Below are positions 23,800-59,700 of a DNA stretch of 64,000 bases, one piece after another. A model generated the notes under the pieces. It was given only the letters and a program-made list of their open reading frames with translations. It did not search any database and had not been told where the DNA came from. The first letter of the stretch is position 1; each line of letters starts with the position of its first letter. The stretch lies in the NCBI GenBank assembly GCA_002633005.1, contig NMRA01000003.1, forward strand, positions 1,978,727-2,042,726, read 5' to 3'. This stretch comes from Phoronis australis. Lineage: Eukaryota; Animalia; Phoronida. A program made the position numbers and the translations under genes.

Positions 23800-24870
23800 A
23801 CCAAGTGGGCCAGGTATAGATTTTCATTTTGTAGGTTGTCCTCTAATGGATCTGATTGAGTACGACACAGATCAAAACGCAAATTTTCTGCTCACAGGGT
23901 TTCCGGATCAGCTAGCGCTTGCACACGAAACCCTCTCGATCTCTTGGGACAACATTTTCGGGCATGTCTTTCCCCAACATTTCTGATCCTAAAGGGTGCG
24001 TCTCACATGCGTAACTTCCGGTGTATATTCATTTTGATAGCTCCGAAATGGCTGAGATGACATTGGTTTCCAGTGCTCCAGTTTCTCGTAGCTTGTCCTC
24101 TGTAGTAGCGCTTGTTTCCAGCTCTGGTGTCTCAGACACAGGAGAAATTACATCATCAGGAAATGGAATCCGTAGCTCTGACCAAGAAGCTCATATCGAA
24201 AGAGGTATCGACAGACGGAGAGCGTTCCTGCGGAACCTGCACAGAACCCCTAGACAAGCTATCCTTGACGTCAGCGTGTGTGACCCGAGAACCAGGTTAA
24301 GGAATTGCTCTCTGCCTCCTGACGGTCCAGGTACCCAAAAAGACTACAAGTCAAAATTTCCGTTTCAAACAACAAGCTGATCATTTTACGGATTCTTCAC
24401 TTGAATGATTGCTTGAATTTCCTACCCTAAAGGCTCCACCAAGGAAATACTATCAGGACTTTGGCGAGCTATTAGTCTCCGTTATCTCCTGTGAATAATA
24501 TCTCTGTGGGGCAGCAACCTCGCCGACGTCATTAGGCTAGCAAGAGGCATCTACAATGAAAGACTTCCTTCCAAGAAACTTGTTCCAAGTTGGGATTTAT
24601 CTCTGGTCATTTAGAGTGCTCCTTTCGAGTCTCTTAGGAACTAAAATTAAAATATCTCATTTACATGACTTGTTTTTATGATTGCAATTACGGATTTTCG
24701 GCACTGCAGTGAGTTGGAGTCTTTGTGTTAAGGTGAGGGCTCAGTTACTGTCCAAAAAGAGGGTCGACATTTGTTGGATATGGGCTTCCCAAGCAAGACA
24801 GAGCCAGTCATAATAAGCCTTCTCTTGTTTTTATTCCAGGTTTTCGTGAGAACACTTAGTGTGGCCTTTA
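23800..24870 (+). mobile_element. DIRS1-like retrotransposon remnant: methyltransferase-like domain and tyrosine recombinase
   Basis: 23885-24080 reads, with frameshifts, FCSQ.FPDQLALAHETLSISWDNIFGHVFP..LILK..IFILIAPKWLR*HWFPVL, matching the DIRS MT motif ALSxSW..YAFPP..LIAPxWPxxxWFPxL. ~24580-24720 reads VPSWDLSLV..APFESL..SELESL, matching the DIRS YR motif PxWDLxLVL..PFEPL. Confidence 0.8.
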
Positions 24871-24987
24871 TCTTTTTCAAAGTCTAAATAACTTCCCCTC
24901 TCAACTCATTCTATTAACAAAATAGGAATGCCATTTAAGAAACACCAAAAATATAGAGATGTACAACAAAATATGCAATGCCTTTTT

Positions 24988-25160
24988 AAGTATATACATA
25001 TATACATGTTTATGTATAGGTATACACATATATATAACTATACATATATATGAATATACATATATATGAATATAAATATATATGAATATACATATATATG
25101 AATGTACATATATATGAATATACACATATATGTATGCATGTATTTGTACATACCTACACA
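24988..25160. repeat. AT-rich (TA/TACA/TGAA)n compound microsatellite
   Basis: Directly visible low-complexity TATACATATATATGAA repeats; explains ORF 24901-25161. Confidence 0.9.
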
Positions 25161-25919
25161 CGATAAGAGTAAACTCAAAAGGACATTATCATCTTTGCGA
25201 CTGAAAAATGGAATTTTGTGATTATTGTTGAAAGTGATGACTTCTGAAAATTACACATTACCTTTAACCAGAGTTTAGTGATGGGTGCAAAGTCTAAAGC
25301 AAACGTGCATCCCTTGGGTGCGCAACATTGATGAAGCTGTTGATAAGAAGTGCTTTAGTCCCCGCTGGAAGCGTTTAGATAGATTAAAGATACTTAAGTA
25401 TTCAAAATTTAAATTCAAGCATTTCTTTGTTTTCCTGTGAAGCTGGCCCCCTTGTTTCAGTTACTTCAGGGTTGCAAATTTACAGTCCTGTGACGACCTT
25501 GGGCTCATGATGTTTTTGATCCAAATTTATCTATGTATTGGCCTATCTAGATAGCCCTAGTTATGTTTCAACGACACAAGGAAACACTATTTGGTCACTC
25601 ATACTTAAGTATGTGGAATGATAAGTGAAGTAGTCAGACTTTTTGCACCGTGTTGTGACATCCCAAGAAAGCAGAAGAAACAATATAAGATTGCGATCAG
25701 TAGCATTGACAATACTGCGATTTTCAGGGTAACATAAGATAAAAGTCAGGAAAGCATCCATTGCATTTGGCAATTGATGGCGTCAGCGTGGTTTGACTGA
25801 TGGTGGCAACACAGTTTGTGTCACCATTCTTGTGAGGATCACTGGAGGACAAACATGAAGCTCATCTCAAACTGTAAATCCAACGGTAGACCACACACTC
25901 AATACAAGGGTAGAGCACC

Positions 25920-28900
25920 TTATCTTACACGCTCAATCCAAGGGTAAACCAATTCACCAATAAGAATCTTCTTTGCTAAGTCAGTCCAAGAATAAGTAAC
26001 CTCACAACGTTGACGAGTTCTAGAAAGTTCTGTGATACGGCTCCATCCCACTGGAGACACCTGAAAGCCAAATCAAGTGAATTCACTTAATAAGGATAAC
26101 CAATTTTCAATAAAAACACTAATATTTCAGTATCAGACTACAATAATGTGTTTTTCAACGAAAAGCTCAAAGTATTCAAAGCTCTAGAAAATATTACGTG
26201 GCAGCAGTGGTAAAACACATATCACGCAAATGAATTATAATTTCTTGATTATTTTACTTAATAGAAATACAGACAAATTAAAATCAAATTATCTACCATT
26301 TGGTGCCTGAATGGAATTAGTCTTACCACGAATAAAAACGTACAATGCATAAAGGTTCTGCAAAAAATGTGTTTTCAACAATAATTCAACTTAGTAGTGG
26401 CTTAGGGTTTGAAAAAACACAAATGGCTTTGCAAGAAATAGTCTTTACCTGCATGTCCAGAGTGAGTGTGTTACAGTCTCTAGATGATGATAACATTTGT
26501 ACTGACATGTCACCTACAACAGGGTATATACTTTCAGAACATTGTGAACATCATGCAACACGGTCTGAGCAATATTTTAAGTCTTTAGCAGTTTTAGGTA
26601 CTGAATGAAGTTTGGTGGTAGTTTATGAGCTCCAGAATTTTGCCAGGAAACTGTAACAATCTACACGAAACTTTCCCCCAATGTAGGACATCTGGGAGGA
26701 CAGTGTTCTCTCTACATTTATTCAAACATGGTGCTGCACTGTGTTTAGAAATCTTAAGCCATATTTGAAAATCCCTGAGCCATGTCTAAAATGTTAAGCC
26801 TTGTTTAAAAAGCCAAAGTTACAAGACAAATGATTGCAATAGCGTTGCACAGTGGCACATATTTTTTATTAATTTGCAATGAAAATGATAATGACATGCC
26901 CAGCAAGAGAAAATAATGTGTAATTGTTGTTTTTCTGAATCAACAAAAAGGACATTAGGATGTACAAAAACATGATGCCAGAATTTGCACCAAGTTTGAA
27001 TTTTTGCTCAGAGAAAACCCTGGAGAGGCAACTGTCACCTTGCCTAATTATGACTGTGATGATACTGCAGTTAGATAAAGCAAACACTGCACATGTGTAC
27101 AGTACCTGCCAGAGAATGTGATCCCACAATGTAGAGGAGAGCGGAGTATACAGGGAAGGTAGTCAGCAGAATGACACACTTATGTAGGCAGCCTTGGACA
27201 CTTAGTATCAGCAGACGAAGCTGTAAGACAATGTGCTACAGAAGAACCTCAGCTATAAGACAATTTACACCAGTACAACCTCATCTACAAGACAATTTTC
27301 ACTAGTAGAACCTCAGCTATAAGACAATTTTCATTAGTAGAACCTCATTTGCAAGACAATTAACAGAGGTATAACCTCATCTGTAAGACAACTTAACACT
27401 GGTATAACCTCAACTGTAAGACTAATTACACTACACAGTATAATCTTAGGTGCCACAACAAGTCTTTTTCAGAATGTCGAAAGGAAAACCCAATGACACC
27501 ATTCCATACAGTCAAAACCTAATTTCGAGACAATTACCAAGTTAATATGATGTTTTGGCAACCTGCAGGTAAAAATCCCAGGTCGCCATACACACACCTG
27601 AGCACACAACAAAAATACTACAATGGAAGTCAGAACTGTTTGGAAAAAATTGGAAGGGCCCACTTATCATACATGCACAGGTAATGTGTGACAATCGTCT
27701 ACTTCTGCCTCAGGAGGTGTAAAGCATGAGTGAGGTATTAGGTCCGAAAGTGGGAAATTTCTAATTACCAAGAACACAAGACACTCCTAATTTTTCACAT
27801 TGGCAGATGTTAGCTGGGTTCACCACTTTTTTTCACTTTAGGTGTGTCGCTAATTTCATTTCTGGCTCGTGCCAACTATGTGTTGGTTGTAGGGGCCACA
27901 ATTTTCCTCAGCATAGCGGTATGTGATGCCTTTACAGTAAGACATCATCAAAACTTTACACATATAACATAAACTTTCTAGATATTTGTAAAACAAAACA
28001 TTGGCTGATTTTTCACCATTCAGCATCAAAACAGAATCTTGTCAATTTGGTTTAAATTCCTCCACAACACACAAATTAGCTGGTTTTGAAAAAAGCAACT
28101 GGGGGGGGGGAAATTCTGACAAATCATGAATACTGCGTGCTTTAATTCAATATGTGATTTATCTGACTGTGTTTTGGCAAAAATGTAAAATGCAGCAGTA
28201 AGTGTCTGCTGCTAGAATAATACCTTGAATACTCACTATAGTAAATACGACGTAATACAATGCAGTTGTTGGTAACAGGAACAGTAAGATGGTAAACAAA
28301 AGAGTCCCCACAAACAACTGATCAACGTCATATGTTGCCGAGTCCACACGCTTTCTTAGGACATTCCACTTTTTACCACGAAAGAGTTGTAAGAGTGAAG
28401 ACAAGGCCCAGATCTGAAGATTGTACAGTCTGGCTGCATACACGTAGAAACAGTAGATGTGCAGTGTCATCATAGACAGGAGGTCTTGTAGGAGGCAGAG
28501 TTCTAAGGAGATCCCCAGGGATCCTAGTGCAGATATCAGCCACAAGATGTCACTCAGCACAGGCTGTAGGAGACTTAAGTAACCTATGACAAAAACATGA
28601 TGCAATACACAAACAGATTTGTGGTGAAATTTACAAGTCATCCAACTACAGTAATATATTACTTCCTGTTATCTAATGTCTTATTCTTAATATTTAACAT
28701 TAATTTGTTCATGAGTGAAAATTTCATTGTCATGTCTGTGTACTAGTTTGCCATATTTACTGAGTATCTGTTACATATTTATAATTGCTCCAACAAAATT
28801 TATGGTGACCCTGAAGTCCGAAGGCCTTCCCCAATTCAATAATGTCTTCAATATGACATGAGACAAACAGCACTACTACTACTACTACTATTGAACGATC

Positions 28901-31636
28901 CTGAAACTCTGAAACTCAATTAATATCAACTTTACATAAACATACCCTCTCCGCTATTCATAAACTGCTGTATACTACAGGGGTGTTTAGATCATTAAGA
29001 CCGCAAGAGTAGGGCCACTGCGAGCACCATGTACGGAAATTAGGTTTGATATAATGTACTTTGTTGAATGGAACAATATGATGATATCCACCACAACATA
29101 TTAATGGAGACCAAGAACAACAACTACTCTCAACAAAACCACCCACAATTTTTTATTTCAAGTTACTCCCCCTTTCTTTACCAGAACAGCCCTAAGTGAC
29201 TATCACCAAATACCTGACATCATTATTCATCTCACCTGTCCACAGGTAAATGTGATACAAGAAGAACCTTCCCAACACCTGATCTAATTGACTGTTCAAC
29301 TTGAGACCAGCAGGTACACCCATCATCCACTGTAGAAGCAGCTGAAGTTGCTCAACGACAGTCTGGAAATGAGTTTGTTTCAAACTTAACAATAAAGACG
29401 ACTTGAAATTGTCATGTTTTCACTTTTCAAATGCTGATCATTATTGTGAGTTGATGCTAAAATGAAGAAAAATTATCCAGCAACTTATTTTTGTTGAAAT
29501 TTGTTCTGAAGTGAAGGAATTTTACTGGAGTTAAAGCTGATTTATTAAGAAAACTAATTTCGTAAATAAAAACTGCTTTAGCACATTTTCGGCACGAATT
29601 TGATATTTTCATCACAAGCAAGAATAGCTACATAGCAAACTGCATAACTACCTCAGCTAAAACCATTATCTGGTTGGCGATAACATCGTGGAAGCCATAC
29701 TGTCGCAGCAGGAGCATGAACAAGACACCAAGTAAGATGTCAATACCACTTCGCCATAAAACATTGTACAATCTGATGCAAAAGAAATTTAGCAAGTTAT
29801 TGGCCAGTGAATTAGTACAAAACATACACAGGTACCAAATTTACGAGAAGACAAAGATCTTGGAGTATTATAAAATAAAATTCATATTCAAGACTTAGAA
29901 GTGTGACTTGAATTAGTTAAAATGTAATCACCTCAATGTGCTGAGAACACAAATGAAATAAACAAAGGAGGCACTTGTAATAACCTGATGATTTGAATGT
30001 TCATGGAGTGCAGAAACTGACCAGACGGACATCCGCTGTTCAGAAAGTTACTATTTTGTGCAATAAATTTTTCAGATTAACAAAAAATATAGTTACCCGA
30101 GCCTTTTACCCACGTTGTTGGGTTTGTTCGTGCCGCAGAAAACACTCCTGAACTCCTGGTATTTTCCACTCAACTCTGAACCAACTGTTGGTGTTGTTGC
30201 AATAGTCTTCACCAAACCCCTGTTGAGTCTATATATTTACAAACATAATTTGGTTCTAACTAAAGTGATGTGTTACATTTATCATATTCACGTAATTATG
30301 ATTTAAAACACTGAGTTCAAATCACCACCCACCAGTTACCTGCTACCGCGTTCAAAAGAGGAATGTTTATGAGAAGGTTGATAGGATATTAGCCTTGGTG
30401 CAAAGCTATATACTTAATGTAAGTACTTTGACGTTAGTCTTCATACAGCTAGTGGGCTGGCTAATAGGACGTCTGAACAGAAGACAGATCAAATGCTTAA
30501 AACAAGCTTTCCAGTCATACTTATTAGTGGTGATAAAGAATACGCAATGCTAATATTCTGGCCAATCACAGGCAATCATCATGGGTGAACAAAGCCTGAC
30601 GATAAGTTATGTCATTGGAACGTACAGTGGTGCCTTCTCATGGTAAAAAGGAAGACCTCCCTACTTATGGGGAGGGGGGTAGATGATAAGAAGGTTATCA
30701 GATGTTCAGATCTTACCAGCATTCACAATTGATTTTTTTCCAATGGCAGATCAGATATCTGATCTGACTTATGATTAGACGTCATGTGAATGCTGTATAA
30801 ATGTGTCAAATAGCCTCCCTTCTTCATAGAAAACAGTAACGGAAATTCTACAAAGACCAGGTAAATATGACACTTTATCAAGTATGGTACCACCAAACAA
30901 TGCTTATTTGAAACTCGTAATTGCATTTATCTGAGTTAATAGAATAACAAGCAAATTTTCAAACACCTAGGCAACATTTACAAACTGCAACTCACCTGAG
31001 TGACTCCATAATCAACTCAAACAGAAATATGGCTCGTCTCAGGCAAATCGTAATGAACCACGTGAATTTATTAAGGTAGCGTTGACACAGTCCCTGCTGC
31101 ATGCTGGGTATGAAACAAACCACGTCAGACTTTTCAACAATACTTCCAGCCTTCAGTGACCGGAACGCACGCAATGTTTTCACAAGATGTCTCAAGTTGG
31201 TGTCATGGACACCTACACTGGTTGTTTCCGAGAATGGCTCCTCAACACAAAGTACATAGGACGATAATAAACTCTCTGGGTCATACATCAACAGTATCAC
31301 AGTGTCACAATCCCACTCACCCCGTAGGAGCACACAGGGTGCACCTCCAGAACTTGAGGCCGACAATGAAAGCCAGGAACTGTAGTTGTGGGAAAAGCTT
31401 CTGGATTGAAATCCATGTGCTTGTATTTGATCTTGCATATTGTCCCATGTTCCAATAACAGAATATGTACTTTCTGTTTGTTTTGGCCACGTCAACATTG
31501 TATCCGGTATAGCGTTTTGTTCAAAGAGGCATGTGATAACAACGATGCCTTTGCTTTTGTCTATACTTCCGAAAAGTAGTCCACTTTCTGACAGTAAACA
31601 CTGATGAGGAACAAAGACACGGACTGCCTTTTCCAT
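25920..31636 (-). CDS. PIGQ: Phosphatidylinositol N-acetylglucosaminyltransferase subunit Q (GPI1), ~562 aa
   Basis: Exons 31636-30996, 30228-30097, 29772-29652, 29362-29236 ([32 protein letters not shown]), 28583-28237 ([54 protein letters not shown]), 27220-27106, 26513-26449, 26060-25920 (..GELVYPW..*). All GT-AG and phase-consistent; motifs match the Gpi1 family. Confidence 0.95.
27221..27432. repeat. ~32-bp minisatellite (6-7 units) abutting and containing a PIGQ 3' splice site
   Basis: Unit AACCTCA(G/T)CT(A/G)TAAGACAATTT..; the first unit overlaps the acceptor TTGTCTTACAG of exon 27220-27106. Confidence 0.85.
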
Positions 31637-32849
31637 TGTTAGAAAACTCTCTGGAAACAAACAAATGAATAGTTTGTTAGAGATACCATAGTTAGTACAT
31701 TGCCACTGCAACGCTGGGAAATTACAAGTTTGTTGGTAAGAAATCGTATTTTACCAGTAAGTGATATCAAGTAAAATGTAAAATCTACTGTTGCCTGTCT
31801 ATCTAGGTCACAGTATTGCAAAGAGAGTAAATGACACAAGAAGCTGAAAGATCAACTACCTGTCAATAACTGAAAATACCACAGTGTGTTTGTGAGTTCC
31901 TATTCATTCAAAAAGTATAACCAATGCTGCAGGGGACATCCCACCATAACCTTTGTGTCAAGTTTCATCCAAATCTGTCAAGCCATTTTGAAAACAAAAT
32001 CAATGAACACGATGTATTTGTCTGTAGAATGAAATGGCCAACAGTGATATAAAAGAGAACTTCATTAAAAAATCAACTGCCGCTCATCCTAAGAGGTTTC
32101 TTGGAGCATAAAAAATGACAGTTGACCATAGTCTGGAACCATAACTTGTGAACATATTGTACACAGGAATAAGGCCTTTTACTATGGTCATAAAGTCGGC
32201 CTTATAGTATTCCCTACTGCAAAAGGATTTTATTTCCGTTACCAACAAGAACATCGAGACCATCAGAGACTCAAGAAAATGCTTCAGATATTATTGGCGT
32301 TGGCCAGTCCTAAAATTACAATTTCGAAAATGACGAATGTAAGCATCGCCTGTGACATCAAAGTTGGTAATGCAAATGGAATCTTATCACTGTCAGGATA
32401 AGAGACCAATTTTATGAGACTACTTACCGTCTTTGTATGTTTTTTTTTCTGAGAACTCCATGGAAAGCAGTGCAAACCGATGGGGCTACCCTCATTATAA
32501 ATATTATAATAAATAAAAATATAATAAAAGGCTTATTTTCTTTAGCCAACTCCTTCACTATGCTGGAAGTCTTTCAGCAAATTTATGGGCACTGGTCGGA
32601 TATAGTGGTCCCTGACTTAGAAAACCAGTTTCTTCCACTAAATAACGGGCCCATTATTCAGTGATTGCCTGGTTCTCTAAATCAGGGACTGCTATAGCCT
32701 TGGTACAAAGCTGTATACTAAATATACAGCTTTGCGCCGATGTGGGTTAAAAAGTGGTAAGATAAAATCTGACACAAAATTAGTGTCATTAAAAACTACA
32801 GTCTTCCTTGAGTAAACTAAATTATTTAATGGTATTGGAAAAAATAGCG

Positions 32850-33250
32850 TTCTACCGTTATTATGCTCCTAAAGTTGTGGAGCGATCTTCTGCGTCGGCT
32901 TTCGGCGCCATGAAATATTGCGTCACCTATTGGCCAGTTTCTTTTTTCGTCGATTCTTCAATCAACTGTTCTTCTTTCAGGAGGTTGCGTACACGTCACA
33001 AAAAAATATCGGAATTGGTTTCATTTATTATAAGTTTTTAGAATTTCGATACCGAAAACCCGAATTTCAGAACAAATTTTGCTGCTGCGAAGTTGTCGCA
33101 AAAATTTAGGAAATGGTGCAGGCATGTGACACAGGCGTACTGTTTTCAAAACGACAACATACTTTTCATTGTTACAAAAGGTCGGGAATGGCGCAAGAAA
33201 ATGATGTTTGTTTCATTGTTTTTCACTTAAGTTGTGACAGGTTCAAGGTG
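32850..33250. promoter_or_regulatory. Putative bidirectional promoter of PIGQ and TBCD
   Basis: CpG-richer island between divergent genes with ATTGG/CCAAT (32929, ~33014), TGACGCAA (minus strand ~32918-32925), TGACGTGT (minus strand ~32991) and YY1-like CGCCAT (32906). The PIGQ ATG exon is preceded by a splice acceptor (the TBCD one by a weaker candidate), implying non-coding first exons here. Confidence 0.5.
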
Positions 33251-33904
33251 TCGGTTGACTCCCAGATTTTGCATGCACCCCGTCCGGTCTTTAACTTTAC
33301 ATGTTGAAACAAGTTTCACAGCGAGGTGATGAGCAGAACTATCCTGGCTGTGTGCAATTTCGGGGTCTATAGAAGAAAAACACACAGTGGTACCTAGCTG
33401 TATTTTGACGAAAGTCTTCATACAGCTAGCTGGCTGGCCAGGATCGCTATAAAGACGCTATATCCTACCAGTGCCAATGAATTTATGCCCCACACTGATT
33501 AAAACATCAAAGTCACGTTGTTATAAGTACCTTTTGCGCATAGAGTACTGCCTACTAACTACTGAGTACTAAGTACTGTTGTACTTTTTGTTGAGCTCTG
33601 TTGCAGGCCTACTTTCTGCACTGGACTTCTTTGATTTTTGCAAAGCTTGAAGCGCACCTAGCGGCTACCGGCAAAACAATTTGTACTTCAAAAATATTGC
33701 TATTATTTAAACGAAAACCTCTTATTAATACACCGTGTACGGTCTTTATTTTCAAGAAATTATAATCATGTTTTATCTATGTCCTACTAAATTATATAAA
33801 GTAAATGTTTGATTATAAGTAATGTTAAATGTTAACAAAAACCTTTGACCTTGTGTGCATCAGCAATAACTCTGTGAGTCCTGTTAATATTTGAAGACTT
33901 GAAC

Positions 33905-57961
<24,057 letters not shown>

Positions 57962-59700
57962 TTGGTATACCAACGTGGGGCAATCACACAACGAAGTGTC
58001 TATTGAGAATTATTTCTGTACTTGTTGAGAATGTGCATAGTTTTTGTTCGTAATTTTTAAAGTTTTTGTTGTATTCTACTTAGTGGTGTGATCCCAATGT
58101 GATAATCATAATTGTAAAGAGGAAGTGTAATAAGTACTATTGTAAGAATAGCCTGAGATTTATTTGCATGCATTGCAAAAATTGTCAAAATAATTTATTA
58201 GTTAAGATTGCCTGGAATACAGTGGAACATAATTGTCAACAGTTTTCTATTGTATTTTCTCGCAATATTGTTTGAAGACACTACATAATTATGTGCCTAC
58301 AAAAGTGGTGGAATGAATAAGCCAGCAACTTCAGAAAAACTAAACCAGTAGTAAGGAAACCTAAACAAGCTATTCTAGTGTGTAATGCAGTGAAAACAAC
58401 ATTCAAGTGCAATTCCTTTAATGTGAATATGGGGTAGCTTTCTGGATGGAGTTTCATGCTAGAAAGTGAGATCACGCAAGATCTCGCAAAATCATGCCAC
58501 TGAATGGTCAGCTTTTCACGAGTGTGCTGGAAACCTTGCTCTGGTGTTTGAATAAAAGTTCACCTTGCAAAACACATTTAAAATACCTACGTTTTTACAA
58601 GCTGTATTACGATAAAATGTTGCCAATTTCGGACAAATATAATGGGCCAAATTACCTTTCTTCACTTTAGTGTCAAGGGCTTCTAAGGTTGCTGTGGCTC
58701 CTCTCAGTTTTTCAAAATATTGCCTGGTGGTGCTGTAGCCTACGGTACATAACTTGGATATGAGAAAGCATTAATGTCGAGCTATATATCTTTTATAAAA
58801 AATGAGGAAGTAAAATATCTCTTTTTCACCACTTTGGCCTAAATTGGCGAGATTTTACCTTAGTATGCTCTTGGTGAATTATTGGAGACCATCTGCAAGC
58901 GCATTATGACGGATGTCCTAAACCAGTTCTTTTTAAATCCTGCATCTCACAAGGCCTTTCCTATTACTAGTTTTGAACGGCGGCTATCATTCTTTCATGG
59001 CCACAAGTTTGATCCAAGTTGGAAAGATCATTTACTCGGGACTAAATTTATTACAGTAACAAATTTACGACAGAGCAAAAGACCGCTACGCGTGCGTACT
59101 AAAGTTAATTTGATTTACCTAACGAGGAGTAAATGATTCCACCGTGGTAAATTTTCATGCGAGTTCACGCGAGAATTGGACGGGTATTCTTCACGCAATA
59201 TTCCAACGACAACTGCGCGAAATCATAACTTCCCAACAAAAATCGTGGAAACCACTGGGCTCCCGAGGAAACGGAAATCCTCATCAGTTGGAGCGAGTCT
59301 ACAGTTCAGAGAATCCTTGACGGGAAGCATAGAAACAATGACGCGTACTAGCTCGTCGTGACAAGGCTAACACAAATGGATCACAAGCGGACGAGTGCCA
59401 CTAACAGTGCTGATAAATTAGCGCAAATTAGTATTTCACGCAACGCCATTTTCTATCCGAGTGTTTCGGTCAATGAGATAAAGTAACTCATTGGTTTCAG
59501 TAGGGAGAGCGACAACTCGTGTGCATTGGTCATCGTTTAATTTACGACGGTGGAACTTAAATACGTATAGTGAGAAGGCTACTGTTACCACAGTCGTCTT
59601 GTCGCCGTAACTTAGGTATGCTCTTGCCCCAATTTGCTCCGGACTAATACATATGAGAAAAAGGGGATTTGAATTACTAAATACTTTGTGGCTACTTTTT

